From the NCBI GenBank assembly GCA_029880855.1, contig JAOUNS010000005.1:145130-209129 (forward strand): a stretch of DNA of 64,000 bases, given 5' to 3'. The translations under genes were made by a program, and so were the position numbers. Positions 1-10,988 of this stretch are shown here, piece after piece. Numbering within the stretch: position 1 is the stretch's first letter; each line of letters starts with the position of its first letter. Below the pieces are notes generated by a model. The model did no database searches. It worked only from the letters and a program-made list of their open reading frames with translations, and was not told where the DNA came from. Source of the DNA: Gammaproteobacteria bacterium. Lineage in GTDB: Bacteria > Pseudomonadota > Gammaproteobacteria > UBA6429 > Thiohalophilaceae.

Positions 1-504
1 ACTCTTGAGCAAGTGATCACTGGGGGAATCCGGGGTCAGGGCGATTTTGATATCCTGTTTTGCCTTTAATGCATCCAGATTATCCGCCTTGTCACTCCAG
101 GCCACGATGGCATCGCCGCCCTTTGATTCGTCGATGACAGCGATGATCGTACCGGGATATTTGACATCAGCGCCGTTCAATAAATAAGAGTCGACGGTGG
201 CCACGGCAAACTGTAGTTTACCCTTTTTCAGTTTTTTCATGCGCTCGGCATAATCCGCCTTGTCATCCTCACATTGCAGGACATAGCCGGCACGTCGCAT
301 ACGCTTGCGCATTTCGTCAGAACACAGCGGGTAATACCCGATCCAGTTATCTACGCCGATACGGATGGTCCCCTTGGTGGCGATTGCGTCCGAGGTGGAA
401 CGCTGGGCATCATCCTCCAGCAAGGGACTGACAAACTTATAGCCGATAATGAAGATCACCCCGACAACAAACAGTCCGAGCACAAACTTGGTATGACCTT
501 TCAT
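1..504 (-). CDS. Periplasmic substrate-binding protein, NMT1/THI5-like (ABC sulfonate/nitrate family), 5'-partial at window edge
   Basis: Minus-strand ORF runs off the window start. N-terminal TM/signal MKGHTKFVLGLFVVGVIFII then SBP-like sequence GTIRIGVDNWIGYYPL. Its ATG overlaps the upstream gene's TGA as ATGA. Confidence 0.5.
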   Translation of the reverse strand, partial: MKGHTKFVLGLFVVGVIFIIGYKFVSPLLEDDAQRSTSDAIATKGTIRIGVDNWIGYYPLCSDEMRKRMRRAGYVLQCEDDKADYAERMKKLKKGKLQFAVATVDSYLLNGADVKYPGTIIAVIDESKGGDAIVAWSDKADNLDALKAKQDIKIALTPDSPSDHLLKS

Positions 505-1295
505 GGCTTGCCCTGTTTAAAATCAGTCAACACGAAATCTTCAGATTCAGCCAACACGCCTTTCAGGCCTTCCTGCAACTCCTTAACATTCATGGCTGAT
601 TTATAGATAATCTTGCCTGCCTGATTGAGTGAGTGATTATCCCGGATGCAGAAACCGATGGTGTGAAACACGATGGGCGAATCTTTCAGGATATCATTCA
701 CGACCTGTTTCGGACTCTCTCCACTGCTGGCTTCACCGTCAGTCACCACCACGAGGTGATAGTTGCCATAGCCAAGCTGGCGACGACCCTGTTCAGTCAG
801 TTTTTTATAGGCAATCGAGATAGAGGATTTCAAAGGCGTGCCGCTGCCCGGCTTGGACTGATTCACCGCCTTGATAAACTCGTTGCGGTTGTTGAGTCCC
901 AACGACAGACGTTCGGAGATGCCGTAGTTGTCAAACACCAGCAAACCCAGATTGGTTGCCGTCGGGATATCCCTGGCAAAGCGCTGCAGCGCGTTTTTCG
1001 CCGCGTCACTCTTCGTCTGGTTACCGGAACAACCCTGGTCGATCATGCTGCCGGAATTGTCAAATACAACATAGATATTGGATTGGTCGAGTTCCTTGCC
1101 CACCTCGCTGCCACCCGCTTCATTCAGAAACGGCCAGGGAGTGCGATTTTTCTGCGAGGCTTCAACCGAGCCTGAACCAGTAGGCTGGTCTGGTTCACTG
1201 AATATAACTATAAGTGCAACGATTCCGAAAAACAGCAGTGCATTTTTGACAAAAGACACAAATCCGCCCCCTGAGCGATTACTTTTACGACCCAT
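501..1295 (-). CDS. von Willebrand factor type A (vWA) domain membrane protein
   Basis: 264 aa with an N-terminal TM helix. MIDAS motif DxSxS in VVFDNSGSM, and a vWA-like VVVTDGEASSG segment. Confidence 0.7.
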   Translation of the reverse strand: MGRKSNRSGGGFVSFVKNALLFFGIVALIVIFSEPDQPTGSGSVEASQKNRTPWPFLNEAGGSEVGKELDQSNIYVVFDNSGSMIDQGCSGNQTKSDAAKNALQRFARDIPTATNLGLLVFDNYGISERLSLGLNNRNEFIKAVNQSKPGSGTPLKSSISIAYKKLTEQGRRQLGYGNYHLVVVTDGEASSGESPKQVVNDILKDSPIVFHTIGFCIRDNHSLNQAGKIIYKSAMNVKELQEGLKGVLAESEDFVLTDFKQGKP

Positions 1296-1313
1296 CGACT
1301 TCTCCTCCCTTCC

Positions 1314-3032
1314 CTAGAGTGGTTTGAATACTTCGGATTCCGCCTCGATCTGAATCAAACGGAATTCCACTCGCATATTGGCACGCCACTCATTTTCATT
1401 TTTTGGCGCACACGGGTCAGAGCCGCACAGGCCGTTCTTTGGTGCACTGATACCGTGTCCAACCAGTGCAAATTGTGAGGTATCCAGTATCACCTGTTTG
1501 GATTTGGCATAATTGATAATACTGTCACGAACTTCCGCTGCACGGGTGTAGCTCAGATTCTTGGCCGATTGAGTGATCTGTCTTAACACAATGGAATTGG
1601 CGCCGGTCTTTTTCTTGCGCAAATACCCCAGGGGATCGCTGTGCCCTTCCACAGTAATCACCGCGCCGCCATATGTTGAAGCCAGTTCAATCACGCGATC
1701 AAACTCTTTGCTGTAGTGGTCCGGGGTAAATGATTTCTGGTTGGGCTTGAAGTACACCTCAAACGAGATCAACGCCCCTTCATCCAGCCGCCCCTGTTGC
1801 TGACGGGTTGTCACCACTTTGTTCACCTTGTCCTGATGGAAACGCGGTTGCTCCGGACCGGATGTAGCGGCCAGCCCGGCACGCAGTTTGGGGTAGTTCC
1901 AGCCGGCATGTTGCAGTGGTGTATTACGCGCAACCAGCCCGATCGACTTAAAGGCACGCTGAATGCTATTGTTACGGCGATCAAAATTACGCGGATAGTG
2001 CTTGTCGGTAAAGAACTTGATATTACCCTTGTAACCGACATGGTCCGCATCCGCATAGAGGGCCTCGGTATCACTGACAGCCTGTTTGGAATCCAGCAGC
2101 AGGCCGGCGCCGGCCTGCATCATATCTCTAAACTCGGCGGAGTTTTTATTTTTACTGACAGCATGCACTTTTTCCTGGGCCTTCATCAAACCATGCACAA
2201 ACTTTTGTACCTCGTCACGGTGCTGATCGAAGTAATCGGCACGCACCGCATAGACATCAGCGATGACCTTGTTGGCGGTCTTGGTGGAGAGCAGGATACG
2301 CGCACCACGCACGGAATCTTCCGAGCCGGTGCCCACGTTGCCACCGGATGTCAGCGCCAGCGCATCGGGAATAATTACCATGGCCGCATCAATATCCTTT
2401 TCATAAAAGGCCGCCATGGGTGTATTATCGCTGCCGGTCAGATCAGGCAACCACTTGAGGTTAACGTCCGCCATGCCCAGTCCGGCATCGGCCAGAACCT
2501 GCGCCAGATAATCCACGTGCGGACCATAAGCCTGTAAGGCAATGGTCTTGCCCCGCAGGTCTTTCGTCCGCCGTATACCGGGTTTGACCACCAGCGCATC
2601 ACCGCCGGCAGATTCACTTAATTGATAGATAATGATGGGTTTGGTGCGACCATCCCGGGAAGTGACTTCGGCGGCCATGTTGATCATGCCCAGCGTACCG
2701 CGCAGGTAGGGACTCTTGCCGCTTAGATAATCTTCAACCTGTTGCCTGAAGACATCAACCCGCTGCAGTTTCAGTTTCAGCCCCAGCTTGCCAAAAATAC
2801 TGTTTGAGGTTGTGGAACTGCTGTTGCCATTGGCATAGATGGTCCGGATATCGGCACCCCAGGTAATGATGGGGACATTGACCTCCTGACCGGACTGGAC
2901 CTTCCCCACCGGGGTGTTGATAACTTTGTCCAGCGAAGGCGATGAAATATATTTGGGTGCAGCCGCCACTGTCGTAGTTATGAGTACAGAGAAAACACAC
3001 AGTACAAGCCGTCGTCCAAAATCCTTATTCAT
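1314..3032 (-). CDS. Fusion protein: N-terminal SBP-like (NMT1 family) domain plus C-terminal OmpA-like peptidoglycan-binding domain
   Basis: 572 aa with a signal peptide. C-terminus shows VITVEGHSDPLG...NMRVEFRL, the OmpA/MotB PG-binding signature. The middle looks like an ABC SBP fold. Confidence 0.55.
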   Translation of the reverse strand: MNKDFGRRLVLCVFSVLITTTVAAAPKYISSPSLDKVINTPVGKVQSGQEVNVPIITWGADIRTIYANGNSSSTTSNSIFGKLGLKLKLQRVDVFRQQVEDYLSGKSPYLRGTLGMINMAAEVTSRDGRTKPIIIYQLSESAGGDALVVKPGIRRTKDLRGKTIALQAYGPHVDYLAQVLADAGLGMADVNLKWLPDLTGSDNTPMAAFYEKDIDAAMVIIPDALALTSGGNVGTGSEDSVRGARILLSTKTANKVIADVYAVRADYFDQHRDEVQKFVHGLMKAQEKVHAVSKNKNSAEFRDMMQAGAGLLLDSKQAVSDTEALYADADHVGYKGNIKFFTDKHYPRNFDRRNNSIQRAFKSIGLVARNTPLQHAGWNYPKLRAGLAATSGPEQPRFHQDKVNKVVTTRQQQGRLDEGALISFEVYFKPNQKSFTPDHYSKEFDRVIELASTYGGAVITVEGHSDPLGYLRKKKTGANSIVLRQITQSAKNLSYTRAAEVRDSIINYAKSKQVILDTSQFALVGHGISAPKNGLCGSDPCAPKNENEWRANMRVEFRLIQIEAESEVFKPL

Positions 3033-3354
3033 TTTGATAACCCCATTATCGTTTTTTTACAGGTTCTCGACCTGAAACCTATAGAAAGATATACCACCCA
3101 TGTACGGAAATAAAGCCAATCCCCTTACAATGATGCGGCATATTGTCTCCCCTGTTAATCATCATCTGCAGCGTGCTTTGATAATAAACAGATCCGGCTG
3201 TAGATTCACCGCAGAACTATCACGCGATGATTTCCCGCCCGCTCCGCACAAACATACCATATCTATAAACCACTCGTCCCGAACCAGTCTGTTTGTTGTA
3301 AGTCGACAAACAGAGAAAAAATGCACTACCCCGCAGGGTAGTGCATGAGTGGGC

Positions 3355-5139
3355 CTAGTCCTCGATCAATGCCTGAAGTTTTTTCTCAGGTTTAACAGCC
3401 TCCGTGATGCCATGTAAATCACCTGACTTCATGCCGATCTCGGCCAGCAGTGAGTCAATCAGCGGGGCCTGACTGCGATAGCGCAAGGCGCTGTTCACAA
3501 CCTGGTCCGCCAGACTGCCGTCCGTACCGTTTGCCCTGTCTGTTCCAGTGGCGGCAACGGTACCCCCGTTCAGGCCGTCAACCTGGATGATCTTGATCCC
3601 TTCGATCTGTTCCATGGGTTTGACGCTCTCACGGATGATATCCGGCAATACCTTCAGCAACTCAAGACGAATCTGCATGGCAATCTGTTCAGCAGACAGA
3701 ATGTTGGCAGCTTCGTTGATCGAGCGCTTGCCCTCGGCTTCCACCGCATACCGTTTGGCATCGGCTTCCGCCCTGACTTTTATCGCCTCGGCCTGTGCAG
3801 AAGCCTCGATGTGATACTTCTCGGCATCGGCATTGGCCAGAATGCGAATCGACTCGGCCTTGTCATCAGCGGCCTGCTTGTCGGCATCGGCCGCCACCGT
3901 AATGGAGATCGCCTGTTTCTCCGCATCCTCGCGGGCCTTCACCAGTTCAATCGCCTTCTTACGTTCAGCCACTGCCGTTTCCTTCACCGTCAGCACCAGT
4001 TCGGCCTCCTTCACCGCTTTCTGCCGGGCAATATCCGCATCGGCCTGGGCCTGCGATTTTTCCTTGGACTTTTCCGCCACCGCAATGGCCTTGTCCTGAT
4101 CGGCAATTTCAATCGCCTTGTTACGCTCGATATTGGCGGTCTCGATCACCTTCTCCCGTGCGATGTCCTTTTCACGCAACAGGCGTTCTTTCTCGATCCG
4201 CTCTTCCTCGATGGCACGATCAGCCTGGATACGCGCCAGCTCAACCTGCCGGCCGGCCAGGATATCCGCTTCCTGTGCATCACGGTTTTTATCGGCACGC
4301 TCGCGGGCAATCTCGGCGATCTGGGCGGCGCGACGAATTTCCACTTCACGTTCCTGGGCCAGTCTGGCGTACTCTTCCTCACGCTTGATTTCGAGTGTCT
4401 GCCGTTCTGTCTCCAGGTTCTTGCTCGCGATCTGGACATTCGTGTCCTGCTCAATATCATTGCGCAACTTGCGTCGAGCCTCGATCTCTTCAGTCAGGCG
4501 AGTCAAACCCTCAGCGTCAAACGCATTATTCGGGTTAAAGTACTCACGACTGGTTTGATCCAGTCCGGTCAATGATACCGATTCCAGTTCCAGACCATTC
4601 TTCAACAGGTCCTCCGATACCACCTGTTGTACCTTCTGCACAAAATCCACACGCTGTTCATGCAGTTCGGTCATGGCCATCTCCGCCGCCACTGCACGCA
4701 GGGCATCGACGAATTTACCTTCCACCAGTTCCTTGAGGGCTTCCGGGTTCATGGTTTTCATACCCAACGTTTGTGCGGCATTGGCGATGGAATCCGCCAG
4801 CGGCTTGACCCGCACATAAAACTCCGCTGTCACATCCACACGCATCCGGTCTCTGGTAATCAGTGCCTGTTCATTGGAACGACGCACTTCCAGACGCAGC
4901 GTGTTCATGTTCACCGGGATGATTTCATGCAAAACCGGAAACACCAGGGCGCCACCGTTCATGATCACCTTTTGTCCGCCAAAACCGGTGCGGACAAAGG
5001 AGACTTCCTTGGAGGCCCGTCGGTATAAACGGGCAAAGATCATCCCCATCACCAACAGTGCGACGAGGATTATGCCCGCCACCACCAACACCTCATACAT
5101 ACCGCTTAACATCAACATGGTCTTCTCCTTAACAAGCAA
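3355..5139 (-). CDS. yqiK: Flotillin family (SPFH/band-7) protein, YqiK-like
   Basis: 594 aa with an N-terminal TM, an SPFH domain and a long Ala/Glu/Arg-rich coiled-coil (EA-repeat region) typical of bacterial flotillins. Confidence 0.8.
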   Translation of the reverse strand: MLVKEKTMLMLSGMYEVLVVAGIILVALLVMGMIFARLYRRASKEVSFVRTGFGGQKVIMNGGALVFPVLHEIIPVNMNTLRLEVRRSNEQALITRDRMRVDVTAEFYVRVKPLADSIANAAQTLGMKTMNPEALKELVEGKFVDALRAVAAEMAMTELHEQRVDFVQKVQQVVSEDLLKNGLELESVSLTGLDQTSREYFNPNNAFDAEGLTRLTEEIEARRKLRNDIEQDTNVQIASKNLETERQTLEIKREEEYARLAQEREVEIRRAAQIAEIARERADKNRDAQEADILAGRQVELARIQADRAIEEERIEKERLLREKDIAREKVIETANIERNKAIEIADQDKAIAVAEKSKEKSQAQADADIARQKAVKEAELVLTVKETAVAERKKAIELVKAREDAEKQAISITVAADADKQAADDKAESIRILANADAEKYHIEASAQAEAIKVRAEADAKRYAVEAEGKRSINEAANILSAEQIAMQIRLELLKVLPDIIRESVKPMEQIEGIKIIQVDGLNGGTVAATGTDRANGTDGSLADQVVNSALRYRSQAPLIDSLLAEIGMKSGDLHGITEAVKPEKKLQALIED

Positions 5140-5151
5140 CTTTCCGTTTAA

Positions 5152-5826
5152 TTAATCTATTAATGACGGATTCGTATTCTCTATCACCCTGAACACCGAA
5201 CCGGTCTTCTCCAGTAATAACACAGCCGTTCCTTTTACCAGTTTCACCTCCTCGCTCTCCGGCTCGACCATGACATAATGAGTCAAGCCGTTCTGATCCT
5301 TTACCTTGGCCTCGGCGGCACTGCCTTTTGCCGCCGTGCCAAGGGTGATGACTGCAACGCGTCCAAGCAGTGTCTTCTCTTCCACCGCCTCGGTCTCATC
5401 CTTCGGGATCACTTTCGCGATCCCGCCGGCCAGTACACGCACCACCGGCAAGGCAAGCAACAAGGCAATAAATACAGCCAAAATCCCTGGCAGTAATGCT
5501 CCTGTTAAATCCTGCATGACAGACTGGATACCCAGTCCAATCAGGCCAAAACCGGTCAGAAAGATCACCAGCACAATCAGCGCCGGAACCTGACCAAACC
5601 GCAACCAACCCAGAAACCTGCTGACAGGCGAAACCGTGGATACCGCAGTGCTGTGATCCACATCCATGTCCAGCTCGGGCAGCAGGGTATCAATAAAACT
5701 GGAGATACCCGCCCCCAACAGACTCGCCACGCCTTCGAGCACCGCAATACCCAGCATGACTGCCAGTGCCACAGTAAAGGGCATATTCTGAGCGGCGTTC
5801 AAAAACTCCAGCATATTCATCTTCAT
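5152..5826 (-). CDS. yqiJ: YqiJ/NfeD-like inner-membrane protein (OB-fold C-terminus), flotillin partner
   Basis: 224 aa with multiple TM helices and a C-terminal soluble beta-rich domain. Its start overlaps the upstream stop by 4 nt, and it is conserved next to yqiK. Confidence 0.6.
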   Translation of the reverse strand: MKMNMLEFLNAAQNMPFTVALAVMLGIAVLEGVASLLGAGISSFIDTLLPELDMDVDHSTAVSTVSPVSRFLGWLRFGQVPALIVLVIFLTGFGLIGLGIQSVMQDLTGALLPGILAVFIALLLALPVVRVLAGGIAKVIPKDETEAVEEKTLLGRVAVITLGTAAKGSAAEAKVKDQNGLTHYVMVEPESEEVKLVKGTAVLLLEKTGSVFRVIENTNPSLID

Positions 5827-6503
5827 CCCATTTCAGTTTTGATTGCTGCCAAACGTTCCTGGATGCGATTTCTGTGTGCCAACGCTTCCAGTTCCGCCAC
5901 CTTTGCCGATGTCTTGCCGGCAAAGCCGGGTCGGTTGCTGTTGAAACCAGTAGCTCTTTCCAGCACTCGTTCAAACGCCGACTCGGCCCGTGCCACTTTG
6001 GCATCGACACTTTCATTATTGCATCCGTGCATTACCGCTCCCTGTTCCCCCACAACACCAGCCATGGTTTCACGATATAACTTCAGCTCTTCCTGCATTT
6101 CGCGCTTCTTTGCCTGCAAGGCGCTGATAAATCCTTCCAGCTCCTTTTCCCTGCCATTGGCTTCAGCTATGGCTGCTTCCAGCACCGGTACTTGCGCCTC
6201 GATATCCAGCTGTTGCGCAATGGCGGCTTCTGCCAGGTCATCGCGGTTTTCCTTTACCGCCAGTTCGATATTCACTGCCAGCGATTCATGCCGACTGTTT
6301 TCTTCGGTCAGTCGTGTGTTTGCCAAATGCCGGCTTGCCACCACCCGTCCCAATTCCACACGGACATCGTCAATGGCACTGTCAATTTCGCGGATCGCCT
6401 GTTCCATGACAGCTTCCGGCACCGCGTTTTCGACCGCATCCACCAGCGCATGAAATCCACCACTAATCAAACGGCCGACCCTGCCGGTTAAACTCTCTTT
6501 CAT
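5823..6503 (-). CDS. pspA: PspA/IM30 (phage-shock protein A / Vipp1) family protein
   Basis: 226 aa, all-helical and coiled-coil rich (AIAQQLDIEAQ..., LQAKKREMQEEL), with PspA-like length and composition. Confidence 0.7.
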   Translation of the reverse strand: MKESLTGRVGRLISGGFHALVDAVENAVPEAVMEQAIREIDSAIDDVRVELGRVVASRHLANTRLTEENSRHESLAVNIELAVKENRDDLAEAAIAQQLDIEAQVPVLEAAIAEANGREKELEGFISALQAKKREMQEELKLYRETMAGVVGEQGAVMHGCNNESVDAKVARAESAFERVLERATGFNSNRPGFAGKTSAKVAELEALAHRNRIQERLAAIKTEMG

Positions 6504-6536
6504 CGTCCTTCTCCTTGTTGTTACTTCACAGTGTTA

Positions 6537-7070
6537 CTATTTGCTTATCACCCGCGCCAGATCCAGCACCGGATCGAGTCGCTTGTAAACCACATCTGTT
6601 GCATAACAGGGACAGCGTTCACTGATCCCCAACTGCATGACTGAGCCCATTAATCTGAACAGGCGATCGGCAATGCCGTCTTCAATGTGTTCCATCTGCT
6701 CACGGTCGGACTCCTTGTGCAAATGGCTCTCGGATACAATGAGAAAGGCCATCATATCCGGCAACCATTCCAGTGCTCTGGACACCACCTCCGAGTGGAC
6801 ATTATGTTGCATCTCCAGCTCCCGCATCTTTGTGCCAAACGGGGACAGCATACCCTGCAACATATCAAAACTGCTGCGGTAGTCCTTGCGTCGCTGACGG
6901 CGCTCTCTGGCATCGGCAATAATGGCTCGCAACTTGTCACTGGGTGTTACCGCATCCGGCAGCTTCAATTGATTTAAAAATTGCGCATCCTCCTCGGATA
7001 TCCGCGCACTGATGTTCACTGCCTTGCCTGTCTGTTTACCCTTGCTGCCACCTTTCGATGCTGATGCCAT
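6537..7070 (-). CDS. Hypothetical protein
   Basis: 177-aa ORF with a perfect 12-bp inverted-repeat operator just upstream (7089-7118). Confidence 0.4.
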   Translation of the reverse strand: MASASKGGSKGKQTGKAVNISARISEEDAQFLNQLKLPDAVTPSDKLRAIIADARERRQRRKDYRSSFDMLQGMLSPFGTKMRELEMQHNVHSEVVSRALEWLPDMMAFLIVSESHLHKESDREQMEHIEDGIADRLFRLMGSVMQLGISERCPCYATDVVYKRLDPVLDLARVISK

Positions 7071-7088
7071 GTTTTCTCCACCTCTCCG

Positions 7089-7118
7089 GTTATTGGTTTA
7101 CGAATGTATATAAATGTA
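7089..7118. promoter_or_regulatory. Perfect palindromic operator-like site TACGAATGTATA-taaatg-TATACATTCGTA in a promoter region
   Basis: A 12-bp perfect inverted repeat read directly from the sequence, followed by another TACGAAT copy. It sits between divergent genes 6537..7070(-) and the HK 3' end. Confidence 0.5.
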
Positions 7119-7293
7119 TACATTCGTATACGAATAGTCAATAGGGTGGGGGTCGAAAAGCGAGGCTTCAAGAGCGGTGGCGTGGATAAGGGCAACCAGC
7201 CGTCAGGTTGGCGGGATGGTGTCTTACGGCCGGGCAGGTTAAATACAAGGTTTGAGGGGAGCGTCCCGCTCAGGAATGGTGCAAAAAGTGACG

Positions 7294-10200
7294 TCAGGCC
7301 AGCCTGGAGGCTGTTTTGATTTTCAGCGTCGAATCCAGTGCTTTGATTAATACTTCAGTATCAACCGGTTTGGTCAGGTACCAGGCAAAGCCGGCCTCTT
7401 TGCCCCGCTCAATATCCGCCGGCATGGCATCGGCAGTGAGCGCCAGGACGGGGATGTGTTGCGTGGCGGGATTGCCCTTTAGTGCTTCGAGCACGGTATA
7501 GCCGTCAATTCCCGGCAACTCAATATCCAGCAGGATGACATCCGGTTGATACTGATTGGCCATTTGCAACCCCAGTTCACCGGTAGCGGCGGCCAGCAGA
7601 TGCATGTGGGGATAGTGGCTGAAGAGTCCCTGAATCAAGCGAATATTGGCCGCATTGTCTTCTATATAGAGCACCTTATAGACGGTTTGCACTGACTTTC
7701 CGCCGGGCTGCCCGGTTTCACCCGGTTTGCGGCTCTGTACAGCCTCAGCCAGTGGCAGTTCAAACCAGAAGCTGGAACCTTCGCCGGTGGTCGATTCGAC
7801 GCCTATCCGTCCCCCCATCAACTCCACTAATTGTTTGCACAGGGCGAGACCAATACCGGTACCGTCAATGCCAGACTTTTCCACTCCCAGCCGCTCAAAC
7901 GGTTTAAAAAGCTTGCTCAGGTTGGTCTGCTCAATACCAAATCCCCGGTCAAGGATCGTCACACGGCACATGTTATTTTCAAGCATGGCGTATTCCAGCT
8001 GGATGGAACCACCATCGTGGTTGTACTTAATGGCGTTTGACAACAGATTCAGAATTATTTGTTTAAGGCGAACCGGATCAGCCAGAACAACACATGAGTG
8101 TTTTTCCTCGAAAGTTAACCGGATGTGCTTGGCATCAAGCTGTGGCTGCATGATGTTGACACCCAGTCGAAGCGATTCGGTTAAATCCACCGGTTCGATG
8201 TGCGTGGTCAGATTGCCGGTTTCGATACGGCTCAGATCCAGCAGTTCATTGATCAGGTTAAGCAGGTGGTTGCCGGCTTCCAGTACCTCATTCACAAACC
8301 CGTTTTGGGTTTTGCTCAGTTTTTCGATACTCAATAATTGCGCAAATCCCAAAATGGCATTCATCGGTGTACGCAATTCATGACTCATGCGTGACAGAAA
8401 TTCACTTTTCGCCTGATTGGCCCGTTCCGCTTCGTCTCTTGATTGAATGATTGCCTGCTCGGCGTTCCTGCGCTCGGTGATATCCTCCATGGTGCCGATA
8501 AACCACTTCAGTTCATTTTGTTCAAAAATTGGTGTACCTGCCGTACGCACCCAACGTTCAGCGCCATCCTTGCGAATAATGCGGTGCTCGGTATTCACGG
8601 TTGTATGATTTTTTACCCCCGCCTCAATGGCGCCTCCAATTCTTTCGATATCATCCGGGTGATGAAATATCTGCAACCCCCATTCCCTGAGATCTTCATT
8701 CTGATACCCGACAATATCGAGAAAGGCCTGGTTGGCATACATTTGCCCGCTGTCCGGCCCGGACTGAAAGATTCCCATCGGACTGTTTTCCGCCAGCCTG
8801 CGGAAGCGATTTTCGCTTTCAATGATCCGGTTTTCCGCCTGTTTACGCTGACTGGTATCATTGGTGGTCACCATCAGGTGGGCTTCACCGTGACGATAAA
8901 AACGTGACATCGTGCTGTCAAACCAGACCTCCTTGCCAAAGCTGGTCACCGTGTGAATTTCACTCTCCCGGGTATTCCCGTCCTGCAAGGTCGCCAGCGC
9001 CAGATCCAGCAAACCGGTCTTGCGCCAGGATTCAATCTTGCGGAAGTTTTGTGCCAACATCTGTTCAACAGAGGCATTGATGAGTTTGCCCATGGCCTCA
9101 TTGGCAAAAACACATTCGCCCGACTCTTTATAAGCACTGATGCCGGCCGGTGAGGTATTAATCATATTGGTATTGAGATATTCCGTTTCAGCCAGTTCCC
9201 GACTGCGTACCTCGACAAGATTCTCCAGTTCTTCCCGGTATTGTCCCAGTTCTTTTTCAATACGCACACGTTCTGTTATATCAATGCCTATACTGACCAT
9301 GTATTCCATGTCGCCGTTGTTATCGCGCAACAGGGTATTGGACCATTCAATTAAAAACCGATCACCGGAGGTATTTACCCAGTAATTGGTATAGTGGCCT
9401 TCCATCGCCGCCGGGTTATTTGCCAATGCCTCAAAGGCCTGCTCACGAATTGTCGCTGCATCCTCAGCCGGCAGGAAGGTATCCCAGGGATATTTGCCGA
9501 TCACTTCGTCATCCGTTAAACCACTGAGTTTTTCCGCCTCCTGGTTAAAACGACATACGCGACCTTCCTTGTCCAGCACCACAACCAGCGCACCGGCATG
9601 TTCCAGTACTGCATCCAGAAAAGCCTGTCCGGTATGGCTGGTTTGTTCATACATCTCTCGTTCGTGTAATAATTCGTTTAATCGATGAGTCAATACACCC
9701 AGTTCATCCAAAGATTGAGGTGTCGCTATTTCCCGCGCCGCTTGATTCGGCAGCGTCCTTTTACCCAGAAAATCTTGCAGCGGATCGAGTCCTTGATGAT
9801 AACTCCTGATTGCCAGCCAGGTACCAACTGCGGCAACCACGACCAGCGCAAACCAGAGGGCAATGGTCTCCCAATAAAAAATGCCAAACCGATTTTTAAA
9901 ATAGGTGATCAGGATAGTGTCGATCAGGATGGGGGTGAACAGTCCCAGCATACCAAGCCGGAATGACATGGGGTTACCCACAATTTTTATTCCACGCGGG
10001 GCCAGAAATCGCCCCATGAAATCGGTCAGATAGAAATAGATGGGAAATGCGACGATCAGTACAACCGGTATCAACCCGAAAATCGAATACAGGTGTCGCT
10101 GATAGGTATATTCAACGATACCGAGTTGTTCGAGAGAGAAGTCGGCTGACAATGCCCCACCGATACAATATACGGTAAGGAACCCAAGCAAATAATAGGG

Positions 10201-10503
10201 CATGGGTCGAAATACTTTTTCTGCTGATCTATTGGCGATAAGGGGGTCTATCTGTGTCAGTCGGATCACAAAATCACCGGCCATACGCGAAAAATATAAC
10301 CCTGCCAGCAGACAAGATAAAACATATGGCGCTGAGTAACTGACAAAAATCAGATAAAACTCCGGCATTGGATAGAAACCGGTTATCCCCATAATGGTCC
10401 CACCCAGAAATGGCGGCAGCAACAACAGCATGGCGATGGAATACACAAACCCGCGCCGGAGTTGTTGTTCTGTCATCAATTGAGGTTGGGTTTTGCTCGA
10501 CAC
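7294..10503 (-). CDS. Hybrid sensor histidine kinase (polytopic N-terminal sensor, multiple PAS/PAC, HisKA, HATPase_c, C-terminal receiver)
   Basis: 1069 aa. H-box [14 protein letters not shown]. HATPase motifs NLLSNAIKY and GTGIGL. Receiver domain with [11 protein letters not shown] ... LTKP. Confidence 0.85.
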   Translation of the reverse strand: MSSKTQPQLMTEQQLRRGFVYSIAMLLLLPPFLGGTIMGITGFYPMPEFYLIFVSYSAPYVLSCLLAGLYFSRMAGDFVIRLTQIDPLIANRSAEKVFRPMPYYLLGFLTVYCIGGALSADFSLEQLGIVEYTYQRHLYSIFGLIPVVLIVAFPIYFYLTDFMGRFLAPRGIKIVGNPMSFRLGMLGLFTPILIDTILITYFKNRFGIFYWETIALWFALVVVAAVGTWLAIRSYHQGLDPLQDFLGKRTLPNQAAREIATPQSLDELGVLTHRLNELLHEREMYEQTSHTGQAFLDAVLEHAGALVVVLDKEGRVCRFNQEAEKLSGLTDDEVIGKYPWDTFLPAEDAATIREQAFEALANNPAAMEGHYTNYWVNTSGDRFLIEWSNTLLRDNNGDMEYMVSIGIDITERVRIEKELGQYREELENLVEVRSRELAETEYLNTNMINTSPAGISAYKESGECVFANEAMGKLINASVEQMLAQNFRKIESWRKTGLLDLALATLQDGNTRESEIHTVTSFGKEVWFDSTMSRFYRHGEAHLMVTTNDTSQRKQAENRIIESENRFRRLAENSPMGIFQSGPDSGQMYANQAFLDIVGYQNEDLREWGLQIFHHPDDIERIGGAIEAGVKNHTTVNTEHRIIRKDGAERWVRTAGTPIFEQNELKWFIGTMEDITERRNAEQAIIQSRDEAERANQAKSEFLSRMSHELRTPMNAILGFAQLLSIEKLSKTQNGFVNEVLEAGNHLLNLINELLDLSRIETGNLTTHIEPVDLTESLRLGVNIMQPQLDAKHIRLTFEEKHSCVVLADPVRLKQIILNLLSNAIKYNHDGGSIQLEYAMLENNMCRVTILDRGFGIEQTNLSKLFKPFERLGVEKSGIDGTGIGLALCKQLVELMGGRIGVESTTGEGSSFWFELPLAEAVQSRKPGETGQPGGKSVQTVYKVLYIEDNAANIRLIQGLFSHYPHMHLLAAATGELGLQMANQYQPDVILLDIELPGIDGYTVLEALKGNPATQHIPVLALTADAMPADIERGKEAGFAWYLTKPVDTEVLIKALDSTLKIKTASRLA

Positions 10504-10988
10504 GCTGTGTTTACTTATACGATTACTGTCAAACTTGCGTCAGTACCATACAGTATATAGATACAAACAAATCATGCATAAATGGCGCGGCAATACTTTG
10601 TAAAATAATGTTTCATGGGGATAGTACAACTATGGATATTAAGGCATTAATTACGGATAAGTACGTAAAATACCGATATGGTCATAACCAACACATAGCC
10701 GTGGCAAAGGACAAGCACAGGCGTGGATTTAATGTCGCGTCGAAACCCCAGGGAAAACATATAACGCAAAAATCGCCACTGTGCCGGAGACCAAAACAGG
10801 ATGTGATCACCACACAGAGTTCGATAAATATCCGGCACAGCCCGTGCGAGTTGATTCGCGATCAGACCGTGCAGCAGTAATAATGAAACAATAATGAAAA
10901 ATTCCATTCTTTATCACAGCCTGCAACATTCATACGGTTATGTCGGTTCCTGGTATTCTTATATATGATGTATATAGCTGATGCCGGT

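Noticed and set aside
274-606. ORF 274..606 (+)
   Set aside because: It overlaps two minus-strand genes whose products have clear SBP and vWA features.
633-1175. Plus-strand ORFs of 60-270 aa lying antisense to long minus-strand genes (for example 633..1175, 1797..2537, 3811..4575, 11670..12488, 58573..59355, 59729..60211)
   Set aside because: They lie entirely inside better-supported genes on the other strand, have no RBS, and are low-complexity, Arg/Ser-rich or otherwise typical of antisense frames.
10410-10907. ORFs 10410..10880 (+) and 10647..10907 (-) in the 485-nt AT-rich gap after the sensor kinase
   Set aside because: There is no convincing RBS. The plus ORF overlaps the kinase start, and the minus ORF has odd composition. 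More likely this is a promoter or non-coding region.
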